This document shows positions 23,740 to 35,984 of a DNA stretch of 43,430 nucleotides, in pieces. This DNA comes from Octopus sinensis. Its lineage: Eukaryota. How positions within the stretch are numbered: the first letter of the stretch is position 1; the number at the start of each line of letters is the position of its first letter. The stretch lies in the NCBI RefSeq assembly GCF_006345805.1, contig NW_021835187.1, positions 1 to 43,430 of the forward strand, in the 5' to 3' direction. A program made the translations under genes and the position numbers. The notes beneath the pieces are model-generated. The model was not told the origin of the DNA and made no database searches. It saw only the letters and a list, made by a program, of their open reading frames with translations.

Positions 23740-23880
23740 CTCTTCTTGGGATCTTTCCTTCTCCTTGTTTCCGACGAAGAGCTCCGCTCGAAACGTTAAA
23801 CCCTCCTTCCCTTCTTTCCTGAGCGTCAATAATACTTGTGTTTTTTTCTCTTTTTTTCTGTGTTTTCTTGTTTGGATATA
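23740..23880 (+). mobile_element. Penelope-like terminal-repeat fragment, copy 2
   Basis: Homologous to 2795-2990. Confidence 0.65.
23767..23801 (+). ncRNA. Minimal type I hammerhead ribozyme motif, copy 2 (U4->C)
   Basis: GTTT-CCGACGA(23771-23777)-A-GAGC-TCC-GCTC-GAA-ACGT-T^AAAC. Stem I GTTT/AAAC and stem II GAGC/GCTC are perfect; stem III is the palindrome ACGT. Confidence 0.7.
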
Positions 23881-24487
23881 TGTTTCCAGCAGCCACGCAG
23901 GGCAGCACCACCTCCTACGGGCACTTGATGTAGTCCTACGTGTTGAGTCTGAGGCCGTTTGCGAAGATGAATGAAGACATAACGTCGCCATCACTAGTGA
24001 TGTTGACTGGATGCTTGATTTTTAACACACTCAGTACATGTCTTCAGATTGCACTGTCCTAAGATTGACACTCAAACACTCTGAAATGTTCGCACTGGAT
24101 CTTCCGGTGCGAATGCCAAGCAGTGCAGCATGTTGTTTCCAAATTTCTAGCTGAGTGAATTGCGTCATGGTGCTGTTTTCCTTTCAAACGGTGCCCAACT
24201 GACCCTACAATACTGTGAAGTCGATAAAATAAAAATAAAAAAGACAATTTTCATGCACGAAATAAACAATATATAATAGCAACAATTTACTCATTGCACC
24301 TTGTATGTATATGTGTATATATATCCACATATATACACCTATACATACATACATATAAACACACACACACATACACTCACACACACATATATATGTCTAT
24401 ATATGTATACATATATATATATACATATACATACATACAAATTCAGTTATAAATTCATCTCCAAACATTCTAGCATATAAATTCATA

Positions 24488-24522
<35 letters not shown>

Positions 24523-24526
24523 TCAC

Positions 24527-24563
<37 letters not shown>

Positions 24564-24575
24564 AATTCAATCTAC

Positions 24576-24631
<56 letters not shown>

Positions 24632-24633
<2 letters not shown>

Positions 24634-24840
24634 CGCTTCCAGCTTAGTTTTTCTATGCTCGTTGCTTAGTTTTTCTTGGAGGGCTGGCCGTGATCTAGTA
24701 ATCTCAAGATTATCAGCCGATTACTACGATGATCCGGTTCTTGACTGAAGACTGAGGGGTTCGAATGTCCTGTCCATGTTTATTGTATCGTCTTCTAAGA
24801 GTTATACGTTCTTGTCCATGTTGTATTTTTCTACATACCT
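24632..24840 (+). mobile_element. Unclassified about 210-bp module embedded between (TA)n arrays, possibly a retroelement 3' end
   Basis: Non-microsatellite sequence bounded by (TA)n on both sides; contains ctgaaga...tcgaatgtcc. Confidence 0.4.
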
Positions 24841-25683
24841 TAATATATATATATATATATATATATATACGTATATATCATGTGTGCGTGCGAAGGGCGA
24901 AGGGAAACCGTGTTTTGTGGTTAATATTATTCTTGTATTTTATGTTTGCTGAGCTATTTATGTGTTTCTTTTTCTTATTCATGACATCAAATTGTAAACC
25001 AAATGGGACCGATAAACTCGCCATAGCTTGAATACGGATGACCGCACACGGTTGGTGTCGGCCCTTGGTTTCCCTCTGCTTCCTCAAACGACCATCACCA
25101 TCTTCCATTCATTACCGTTCAAGTACTTCCAGCCTTCTCCATACAACCCCTAAACGCCCACACTTTGTTTTTCTTTCCGTTTCCTCATAACATACAATCA
25201 TACATATATATTGACACTCGTAATAAAACACCCACGCAAACACCTCAACGGACGTATACTGTGATACGCTTCGCTACACAAACACGCATAAATATACGCT
25301 CACACACAGGCACAATCACGCACGCTCACACAACACACACACACACGTACACCAAGACACACAATCGCATACACAAATACATACAGATGTCCATACACAT
25401 ACATACATGCATATGCGTGTCCATTCTTCAACCGCAAAATAGACAAACTCACAGTCAAGTGTGACACGCATTATAATGCAGATTTGCAGACGTAAATATT
25501 TACAAACATACATATATATATATATATATACATACAAACTTGCATGCGCACGTTCATGCGTACATACGTACATATAAAGAAAGCCATGCCCACATATTGA
25601 CACAAACGTATATAAGATAGGCATTTACATTAAACACTCACACATACATACATGCATACATATATACATGCATATATACATAC

Positions 25684-25922
25684 ATGATGGCTGCCCCCTC
25701 GCAATCGAGTATGGCCATTGCTAGAAGCTTAACTGTTATTGGTGCTGTGATCGAATGTGACTTTTTAGCCCAGCTAATGATCTACAATGTCTTGTACAGA
25801 ATTGGCAGCTTAAACCTTTACCGGCAATTGCTGGCTGTAGTTGTAACTGGGCTACCTGTACCTTTGCATGCCGTTTAAGTCCTCCTGCCGAATTACACTC
25901 TCTTCCACATGCCTGACAGATA
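25684..25922 (-). mobile_element. RTE-type LINE, 5'-truncated 3' end with two C2H2-like motifs
   Basis: Minus-strand translation ICQACGRECNSAGGLKRHAKV...CQFCTRHCRSLAGLKSHIRSQHQ* matches the CxxC...GLxSHxR C-terminus of RTE/BovB-like ORFs, followed by a short 3' UTR (ccatactcgattgcgagggggcagccatcat). Confidence 0.8.
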
Positions 25923-25981
25923 TGACATACATACATACATACAAAGATGTTATATACATGTGTACGCACATGTATGTGTTA

Positions 25982-25989
<8 letters not shown>

Positions 25990-26032
<43 letters not shown>

Positions 26033-26234
26033 GTGTGCGTGCGGTGTGTGTGTGTGCGTGCGTGTGTGTGGTGTGTGTGTGTGTGCGTGCGTGTGTGTGT
26101 GGTGTGCGTGCGTGTGTGTGTGTGTGCGTGCGTGGTGTGTGTGTGAGTGTGTTGTGCATATCTATATATTTGTACACACACATATACGCATAAACATACA
26201 TACACATCACACACACACACACACACACTCACAC

Positions 26235-26265
<31 letters not shown>

Positions 26266-26280
26266 GCACACACGCACAAT
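25990..26280. repeat. (GT/GC)n then (CA)n inverted microsatellite pair
   Basis: (GT)-rich at 25998-26150 and (AC)-rich at 26170-26278. Confidence 0.95.
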
Positions 26281-26761
26281 ATGATAAAGGCAAGCAAGCA
26301 ATACCCTTGTGTTTCGGTCACCTTTTTCTTGTAAAATTTGTATATACTCTACAAACAGTATTGAGTAATCCTTCAGTTTAATGTTAAATTGGTTTTATAT
26401 AGAAATTGCTGACACATACACTTATATATAAATCTGTATGTGTGCGTGTGTTCCTTCGCGTACATAGATTCACATATACACATATGCGCACAATTCTATA
26501 AACGAAAATTATAAATTGATCTTCGATTGTGTCGTTGATTGATTAAATGTGCGATTAACTGAACCAGCTGTTGATTAAAAAGTTATGTAGGTTAACAAAT
26601 ATTTCAGAGACTCTCGCACTTTTAACAAATGTCTGGCAATGTATATTCTTTGAATTAGATGTCCACTCCATCCAAGAAGCTTCCATGCATTTTTCCTCCA
26701 AACTGTTTCACTCAAAATGCTTGGGATCGTTTCTGTAAAGCACATCTTTTTGCTTCAAGAC

Positions 26762-27423
26762 CAGTGGTTCTCAAACCGGGCTCCGTATGACCCTTAGGGG
26801 TCGATATAAGACTTGGCTGCTTATCTCTCTTAGCACTCCGTCGGTTGCGACGATGAGGGTCCCAGCTGATACGATCAACGGAACAGCTTGCTCGTGATAT
26901 TAACGTGCAAGTGGCTGAGCACTCCACAGACACGTGTATCCTTAACGTAGTTCTCGAGGAGATTCAACGTGACACACAGAATGTGACAAGACTGGCCCTT
27001 TGAAATACAGGTACAAGAGAAACAGGAAGAAAGAGCGAGAGAAAGTTGTGGTAAAAGAGTACAGCAGGGTTCAGCACCACCCCCTGCCGGAGCCTCGTGG
27101 AGCTTTAGGTGTTTTCGCTCAATAAACACTCACAATGCCCGGTCTGGGAATCGAAACGGCGATCCTCCGACCGCGAGTCCGCTGCCCTAACCACTGGGCC
27201 ATTGCGCCTCCACAACTTGGCTGCTTAACTTTGTGTGCAATAAACCGGTTGTACTTTTACAATACAGGAAAATATTTTTTTAATATTTTAATGAAATTTC
27301 TAATAATATTTAATTATAAAAATAATATAGGATTTTTAACCATCAAATGGCTAAGAGGTTTCACTCGTGCAAACTAAGAATCAAATGGCTCCATAGGTGA
27401 AAAAAAATGGTGGCGGACAGCTG
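26762..27423. mobile_element. Probable hAT (Charlie-like) MITE, interrupted by a SINE
   Basis: Left end CAGTGGTTCTCAAACC; degenerate right end aaaatggtggcggacagCTG. The 8-bp flanks ttcaagac and ctctaggc match at 5/8 and resemble the NTCTAGAN target. Confidence 0.5.
26824..27214 (-). mobile_element. SINE family C, full length, tail type 3, 13-bp TSD
   Basis: Head gtggaggcgcaatggcccagtggttagggcagcggactcgcgg; TSD acttggctgctta at 26811-26823 and 27215-27227. Confidence 0.93.
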
Positions 27424-27936
27424 CTCTAGGCTATGATTTCTAAGTATATACGTTTTGTCTTCCGTGCTGGAGTTTTAGGTTGTATTATTTATTTTCATCG
27501 GCTCGATGGCAAGCTTGTAAAGAAAAGGTTTTCTTTACAAACTTGTTCTCTTTCGCGCCTCTTGGCAACCATTCACCCTATAAGATTTAAAGTTCTACAA
27601 TGTCTTGTGTCCTTGTGGTTATCTGTAGCACATGAATTATGGGAATATTTTTCCTCTCTCTGCTGGCGGCGATGCAACTAATGTCTTCAGTTGGGTTTTG
27701 CGTAGCCTATGCTTATTATTAGATCGTTTTCCTTTCCTTTATGTTGAAGGGGACATCTTGTGGGGATATCTTGCTTCTGGATTGCATGGGGGTAATTTTC
27801 AGGGTGAGTTGTTGCAACCTTGCAGGCGCTAACTCAAAGGCTTTATTCTTTTCTTAATTGCTTGTTGTTGTTTTGTTTGCTTTAAGTACCAATATACAAC
27901 CTTCTCAGTGAAGTGTCTTTATATGCATACATACAG

Positions 27937-28037
<101 letters not shown>

Positions 28038-29819
28038 CTTTGTTGCAGCTTTTTTTAGTGCATTGACGCTGTCACTCTTGTTGAGCTAACATGCACTCTG
28101 AAGTTAATATAGAAACAGATTGCACTTGCAAAGGCATTGGGGAGTGTTCCCACAACAAGCCTTGCAATACCGAGAGGCTAGTGTACGAAACCGATCTTAT
28201 CTCTCCCGACTCCAGCATATCTCTTGATAGTTAATATGTATTTGAAACGAAAAGGATACATGCAAATATCACTATACCTCCCACCCCTTCACCACATAAA
28301 CACATACACACATCACTTCTGTCAGGTTTATTAATCAGAGAACAATCGCAGCCGTGTCTAATTTCGTCACTCTGTTAAAAAATAATATCAAATTTAAAAC
28401 AAAATTTGTAAATATGCGAGTAGTCCATACATAAATAGTGTATGGCATTGCCATTTCTGCTCAACGCATAATACTGAATAGTATTTAAAACTCAAAATAT
28501 TATTTAGAGTTTGCAGGTGTGGCAACTTCCACGAGTTTCTTTAGGAAATTAGGACGTTCACTTTAACACCGAATTAAGCAGTTGCTGGAAAAACACCTAG
28601 TTCATTTCTGCACCACGTGTAATGCAGTTACACTCTTTACTGATTCATATAATTTGAAAACTTAAAAATCCCCCACGGAACCTCTTTTAAACCCTACTTC
28701 TAGTTGAATTAACTACGCAAGAGCCAACTCACCGAGTACCTGATCAGTCCATGATTAAATACACATTATAGTAAATGATTTTAACCTAATACTACTGCGA
28801 GATCATTTATTGATTCTATCTTAAATCCAGCAAACTTCCGCTCAAGTCAACAAACGATGTGTTTCTTGATTTCCATACCGGAATAAAAACTCAGATTTAG
28901 CTCAAAATGATCGAAGGTGTCAGTTACTGACGAGGTAAAATGAAGCTGAAACACCGGTGTTACACACACCTTCAAAGCTCCTAACCGCATTCTCAACGAT
29001 CTACGTTTTCAGCACAATGTTTCTGAAGAGAAGTTTCTATTAATACTACAAATAATACAGCCGTTCTAGGTTTCTATAAACAGTATAAATGAAATCCACA
29101 TGAATATTTTAATCTAATATTGATTCACCTGCGTTTATACATACATATACACATACATATGCATACATATACACATACATATGCATGCATACATACATAC
29201 ATACATACATACATACATACATACATACATACATACGTACATATACAGTATATTCTATATATTTGTGTGTGTCTATGTAGTTAGATAAGAGACGTAGACA
29301 GATATGTTTATGTATCTTATCTAACCACACACAAATCCATACACGCATGCATAAATCGGCACACACACACACAGACAGACACACACGCACACAGACACAC
29401 GCACATTTATGTTGGATGGATAGATGGATGCGTTTATGCACGTATGTATGTATGTATACATGTATACATGTATTTATGCTCGTACGCATCCACGTATGTA
29501 TTGATAATCTATCTAGCCATGTTTATCTTTGATAAAACCATACAGACAGAACAAACACGCATAAATCTATACATACATTCACACCTATATTCTACACTCA
29601 CACACACACACACACACACACACCACATATAAATGTCTCACTAACGCACGCACCTTTCCATTCGTTCTTGGCTCAGATCCTTGAGATAGTTTCCGGCAAC
29701 CGGACATGCGCACACCGTTGATTTATGATGTGTTTAAGGAAGGCTCATATAAATTTAAGCCTAACAGCTACAGACAGGAGGGTCAAGACACATGAAATGA
29801 CCAACTGACTTTCTGTTAC

Positions 29820-30189
29820 TGCCTTCTTTATTGTTGTTATCGTTGTTGGTTTTATTTTATGGTGTTATTGTGTTGTTTTAGAGCTTGTTTTTACTACTTT
29901 TCGCAAGCGTTGTTGTCGTTATTGTTGTTTATCATGGCTCCGTTTACGTTCCGTTCTTTTCGCTACTGCTGCTGCTGTGTATGTTGTTGTTGTTGCTGTT
30001 GCTGTTGTTGTTGAGATTGTTCTTGTTACTGATTTTGTTGTTGTTGTTTTTGTTATTGCTATTTTTTTTATGCTGTTACTGTTATTATTTTTATGTTGTC
30101 CTTCTGGCTAGCAAAGAAATGATTATTATTGCCGATTTCTTGTTGTTGTTGTTGTTGTACTCGCACTTGTTATATTTGTTGTTGTAGCG

Positions 30190-30220
<31 letters not shown>

Positions 30221-30611
30221 AGTTTTATGTGTATTTCTTCTATTTTTCTATTTATTTTTATCCTTGTGGTTAGCTGTTTTATTCTTTGTTAGTTTATCTT
30301 TTATTTTTGATGATGATGATGATGATGATGACGATGATGATGACGATATTGGGAACGACGACGACGACAACGATGGCCACTGCGACAAGACGACAATGAT
30401 GACGGTGATGGCGCTAATGCTGTTGCCATTGTTACTGAAAATTATGATGATAATAATGATGACGACGATGATGACGATGTCGATGATGATGATGACGACG
30501 ATGATGACGATGACGATGGTGATAATGGTCGTGGTGGTGGTGATAAGGATGACAAAGACGACGACGAAGACGACGACGATGATGATGACGGCGATGATGA
30601 CGATGACGATA

Positions 30612-30646
<35 letters not shown>

Positions 30647-30749
30647 AATGATAATGGTGATGATAATGATAATGATGATGACAACGAAGATGATGATGGT
30701 GATGATGCCGATGGGGAGAAAAATATCCGTCAAACGTACCTTGTAAAAT

Positions 30750-30807
<58 letters not shown>

Positions 30808-30885
30808 CGCCACCTAAACCATCACCACCGTCCACCACCACCACCACCTCCACTACTACTACTAGTACTACCACTACTACAATTG
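29820..30885. repeat. Compound triplet block: (GTT)-like, (GAT/GAC)n, (CTA)n, (CCA)n
   Basis: Direct; explains the 205-aa and 208-aa low-complexity ORFs. Confidence 0.93.
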
Positions 30886-31073
30886 TTTCTTTATGTTTTC
30901 TTTATTTCTCGCCCTTTTCTTTCAACCTATCGTTATCTCTTCTTCCTTTCGCTTTCTTCTATCTCCCTTCACATCCAGTTTTTATGTCACTCTCCACATT
31001 GAAACGCAGAATATCATGTACCGGCCATATATATATATATATAAAACGGCCGTAATAGCTTTCAAGAAAGTAC

Positions 31074-31172
31074 GTTAGTATCGGTATAAAAAGCCAACTT
31101 TGAAATGTGATAAAGACACAACTCGGCCAGGGGGTCTTGGCACCTTGCACAAAACCTTTTTAGTAGGGACAT
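31074..31172 (-). CDS. Candidate first coding exon (MSLLKRFCARCQDPLAELCLYHISKLAFYTDTN)
   Basis: ATG at 31172 opens a frame with non-repetitive composition, and an AAAATGGCGGC motif lies about 220 nt upstream. The donor AAC|GTACTT is weak. Confidence 0.25.
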
Positions 31173-31249
31173 CAACGAGACAGAACGAAAAGATAACAAC
31201 AAAAAGCAAACAAAGATAGAAAGAACGGGAACAAGGGAGGTAAAAGAGG

Positions 31250-31280
<31 letters not shown>

Positions 31281-31388
31281 GGAAAGAGGGAGAAAGAGAG
31301 AAAGGAGGTAAATGATAGAGACGAAATGGCACAAATGGCTGTGAAAACGTCGGCAAACAGGAAGAGAAGAAGGAAGTCATTTTGCATA

Positions 31389-31399
31389 GCCGCCATTTT
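31389..31399 (-). promoter_or_regulatory. YY1-type motif (GCCGCCATTTT / AAAATGGCGGC)
   Basis: Exact match to the YY1 core consensus in a locally CpG-containing unique region. Function is not shown. Confidence 0.35.
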
Positions 31400-31831
31400 T
31401 TCTCCCCATTCCCTCTGCCATTTTCTTTTCTTTCTTTCTTACGCCTTTTGTTATTTATTTATTTATTTATTTAAAGAGATGTGAGGATATGACAGCTCCA
31501 TTGAGGTAATTACTTCATTGAAACTTAGCTTGAAATATCATCTAGGATTATAAAAAATCTTTTCTTTTTTGAGACTCCGTATGTATGTACGTATATGTGT
31601 ATGTATGTACGCATGCAGGCACGAATGTATTTATGTATATGTGTATACCTATTTATACATTTGGGCATAAATTTGTGTGTTGTTTGCGTCTATATCTTTG
31701 TGGGATTATGTGTACGTGTGTGTGTATATATACATACATACATATATATATACATATATGACTTTATATATATATATATATGCATATGTATATGCGTGTG
31801 TATATATACATATATATGTGTATATATATGC

Positions 31832-31877
<46 letters not shown>

Positions 31878-32677
31878 TATTTTATGTATTTCCGTGTATG
31901 TATATGTATATACCTGCGTGTGTGTGTGCAAGCAGTTCCGTGCAGCGTACTGTACGTAAACTAGCGTTGAATGAATAATGTCTCCCGTTGCGACGCGTCC
32001 GCTGTGTCCGGTTTCGATTTCCGATTTGGAACAATTTTCATTTGAGCTACGTTGTTAATTCGCTAATGCCATTGGTGGTGAGGAAATCATGAACACCACA
32101 TATTCAAGCTTCCCCCCCCCCAGCTGAGTAAGAAAGAACGATAGTGCTAAAATAACCTTAGGTTACTACATCTTATTACCTTTGATGATTATTAAGCTGA
32201 GCTAGAATGGATTTACTTATAGCTATATTTAACTGTTTATGAGACAGTGAGAAAGGCGTTTACGTACAGGGTTGAGCCTTCCGCTAACAATAACAGCCAA
32301 ATCTTCCTATAATTACTCATCACTATTTCAGAAAGGAATGCTGACTTTTAAAACGTAGACCCAGATACACAATCTCTGAAAAATGTGTTTGCTTGATCAG
32401 GATATATACCTGGGATTAAATGATAAAAATTAACTTGAGTGTTTATTTGGTTCTTATTAATCTGAAGTAGAGAAATGGAATGTTGTGGCTTCTATGTAGT
32501 TTTTCAACCTGTAAAAATAAAAGTAAACTTATTTGAAATCACCCAATACAGAGTTTAAAACAAAGTCAGCATATAATATCTTATCAAATAGCCATTTTCA
32601 GATAAGTGGAGTGGTCATGGCTAGAATGATTTTGAACATAAATCTACTCATTCACTGTTGACCGGTGTTTAACGATT

Positions 32678-33056
32678 AGTGGCTGTGTGGTAAGTAGCTT
32701 GCTAACCAACCACATGGTTCCGGGTTCAGTCCCACTGCGTGGCATCTTGGGCAAGTGTCTTCTGCTATAGCTCCGGGCCGACCAATGCCTTGTAAGTGGA
32801 TTTGGTGGACGGAAACTGAAAGAAGCCTGTCGTATATATATATAATCTGTTTTGTCCCCCTAGCATTGCTTAACAACCGATGCTGGTGTGTTTACGTCCC
32901 CGTCACTTAGCGGTTCGGCAAAAGAGACCGATAGAATAAGTACTGGGCTTACAAAAGAATAAGTCCCGGGGTCGAGTTGCTCGATTAAAGGCGGTGCTCC
33001 AGCATGGCCGCAGTCAAATGACTGAAACAAGTAAAAGAGTAAAGAGTAAAAGAGAG
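32678..33056 (+). mobile_element. SINE family A, full length with collapsed internal microsatellite
   Basis: Body and tail match; the internal tract is only tatatatatataatctgttttg. Confidence 0.92.
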
Positions 33057-33244
33057 ACTAAAAATATAAAAACCAATAACGATGACAATGACATCAAAAA
33101 TAACGGCGAGACTAAAACGAATAATTTCATTATTTTATCAACGTCGTTGACTCTCGTCAGCTGTCGAATGCAGCCGTTGTTTTTCCTGTCTTGCAATGGC
33201 AAAGTGACACCGAACATGATTCATTCCATTTGCTGAGGGCTTTC

Positions 33245-33525
33245 ATCATGGTAGAGTTGAGAGCCCGGGAGAGCGAATATAGATGGGTTGACCGCATCGA
33301 GGGACTGGCGGAAAAGAGATGGACAATCAGGTTGATGAAATGAACTTCAAGGCAATGGACAAGATCAAGGGGCCGATTAACGACAAGATGGCGAGATGAT
33401 CCCATTCACTACCTGGGGCCTACACAGCCGCGAGTGGCCAGAGGCAGACAGAAGGGAAAAGAGTCCAGGGAAGGGGTTTCTCCTTCAGGACTGGTGAAGC
33501 CCCGGGTGAAGATGAATTTGAGGTT
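33245..33525 (+). mobile_element. RTE-type LINE 3' fragment, degenerate
   Basis: Translation IMVELRARESEYRWVDRIEGLAEKRWTIRLMK*TSRQWTRSRGRLTTRWRDDPIHYLGPTQPRVARGRQK follows the RTE C-terminal pattern WAGHIAR..D.RWT...EW.PR..KRSRGRP..RW.D. Confidence 0.8.
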
Positions 33526-34311
33526 AAACTGCTTAGTACATTGCAAATATAATGGATGTCAGTAGAAATAAACTGTCACTCGATATTGTTACTAGTCAAA
33601 TACGAGGTACTTGTGGGCATGATTCGGTTTCATTCTTAATTTCTCAGCGAAACACGATCCCAACACTTGCAGAAATAGCGATGAAAAAATAATTATGCAA
33701 ATGTACATTGGTTGGAATAAGAGAAGGATATTGATTTGAAAATATATAACTCAGAGAAATCATCTACATGCAAATAATTGCTAAATTAATAACGACATTT
33801 AATGAATACAGAATTTAAAATGTTAAATTGAAATAACGACGTACTGGGAAAACATTATCAGTCAAGCATTTATAATAGTTTAATTGTTGCCGACCTATTC
33901 CGATATTATTCTGACATCATCATCGAGGCTCAATCTTCTTTGTCAACGTCGATGAAGTGATGATTGAATCACTAATTAGATTTAATGGCGTAGTAAAATC
34001 GAATTGCTTAGAGGTTAAATAGACAAGGAGCATAGTTTCAACAGCAAACCGGAACTAGTTACGATCTCATCTCATTTACAATCTGAACACTTGATCTCGA
34101 ACAATCTGTTTTAAGTGATTACAATTATTGGTTTACATTTGATCGCCTGCTTTAGATAAGCAGAAACTTAGTGTAACATTCATCCATATGTTCAAATCAC
34201 AAATAGCTTAAGCGAGTGAGAAATAGGTTAGTCTCAAATGATGGTTGAAAGTAGGTCACCGAAAGTAAGCTGAGAGATTCAGTACAAGCATAGGCACCTC
34301 AATATCACATT

Positions 34312-35029
34312 TTCTTATTTCTTTATTGCCCATAAGGGGCTAAACATAGAGGGGACAAACAAGGACAGACAAAGGGATTAAGTCGATTACATCGACCCCA
34401 GTGCGTAACTGATACTTAATTTATCGACCCCGAAGGGCTGAAAGGGCAAAGTTGACCTCGGCGGAATTTGAACTCAGAACGTAACGGCAGACAAAATGCC
34501 TATTTCTTTACTACCCACAAGGGGCTAAACACAGAGAGGATAAACAAGGAGAGACAAACAGATTAAGTCGATTATATCGACCCCAGTGCGTAACTGGTAC
34601 TTGATTTATCGACCCTGAAAGGATGAAAGGCAAATTCGACCTCGGCGGAATTTGAACCGAGAACGTAGCGGCAGACGAAATGCATTTCGCCCGGCGTGCT
34701 AACGTTTCTTATTTCTTTACTGCCTACAAAGGGCTAAACATAGAGGGGACAATCAAGGACAGACAAACGGATTAAGACGATTATATCGACCCCAGTGCGT
34801 AACTGCGTAACTAGTACTTATTTAATCGACGCCAGTGCGTAACTGCGTAACTAGTACTTATTTAATCGACCCCAGTGCGTAACTGCGTAACTAGTACTTA
34901 TTTAATCGACCCCGAAAGGATGAAAGGCAAAGTCGACCTCAAGGAATTTGAACTCAGAACGTAACGGCAGACGAAACACCGCTAAGCATTTCACCCGGCG
35001 TGCTAACGTTTCTGCCCGCTCGCCGCCTT
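34312..35029 (-). mobile_element. Head-to-tail trimer of SINE family B (tail type 2)
   Basis: Three units start at about 34312, 34500 and 34706. Only the last has a complete head, and it carries an internal triplication. Confidence 0.92.
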
Positions 35030-35723
35030 TTTCTACATCACATTTTCTACCTTTAAAATTAGCTCAACGACATCTGTCTCACCAAGCGTGTATTTCTTTT
35101 CAGTAACATATAAATACTCTTGCTAGTTGTGATCACGCGGAACATTACGAAAATATGTCCTTGCGAAACTTACATGGTTCTTGTTGATGTTACTGCTGGT
35201 GTTGATGCTGATGTTGCTGTCAATATTGTACTTTATGGTGTCCACTTTTGATTTCCTTACTGTTATTCCTGCTGTTAGTATTACTTTAGTGTATGTGCTT
35301 GTCAGTGTTTGTACGCGTGCGTCTGTGCGTTCGTGTGTGTTTCTGTATAATGTGTGTGTGCGCTGCCCATCTTTATTGTCATTTTGTTAATGTAGTTCGT
35401 CAACTTCGCGTTTCTTCCATTCCAAGATCGATAAAATAAGTATCAGTCAAATGCCGAAGTCGACACACGTTTTCTTTTTTTAATATTTGTAGATAGTTTA
35501 TTATAGTCGTAGATATACAACTGATCAAAACTTTAGTGTCTACTAAAGTTTCTGGGCAACATGTATTGCACAAGAAATTAAATAAACTGCTGCAGAGAAA
35601 AATACGTATAACCGAAAATAGATAAAAATATAGACAGAACACTTTAAGTAGTCGAACGTAGAGAAGCAGCGAGAGTGTATATAATTTGAATCTCGTGTTT
35701 TTCATTTTGATTAAACATGTTCT

Positions 35724-35958
35724 TATTTCTTTACTGCCCAGAAGAGGCTAAACATAGAACGGACAAACAAGGACAGACAAAGGGATTAAATCGATTACAT
35801 CGATCCCAGTGCGTAGCTGGTACTTATTTAATCGACCCCGGAAGGATAAAAGGCAAAGTCGGCCTCGGCGGAATTTGAACTCAGAACGTAGCGGCAGACG
35901 AAATACCGCTAAGCAGTTCGCCCGGCGTGCTAACGTTTCTGCTAGCTCGCCACCTTCA
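35724..35958 (-). mobile_element. SINE family B, full length, tail type 2, 16-bp TSD
   Basis: TSD tgattaaacatgttct at 35708-35723 and 35959-35974. Confidence 0.95.
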
Positions 35959-35984
35959 TGATTAAACATGTTCTCACGTTATGG

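Noticed and set aside
29885-30874. 205-aa and 208-aa ORFs
   Set aside because: Poly-Asp/Met/Ile/Ser translations of (GAT)n, (GTT)n and (CTA)n.
31172-31396. MAAMQNDFLLLFLFADVFTAICA as a signal peptide
   Set aside because: The frame runs into a (CT)n microsatellite with no splice donor; the hydrophobicity comes from pyrimidine richness. More likely UTR or promoter sequence.
34792-34911. CRISPR-like array (39-nt repeats)
   Set aside because: Contiguous tandem repeats inside a SINE with no unique spacers and no cas genes, in a eukaryotic context.
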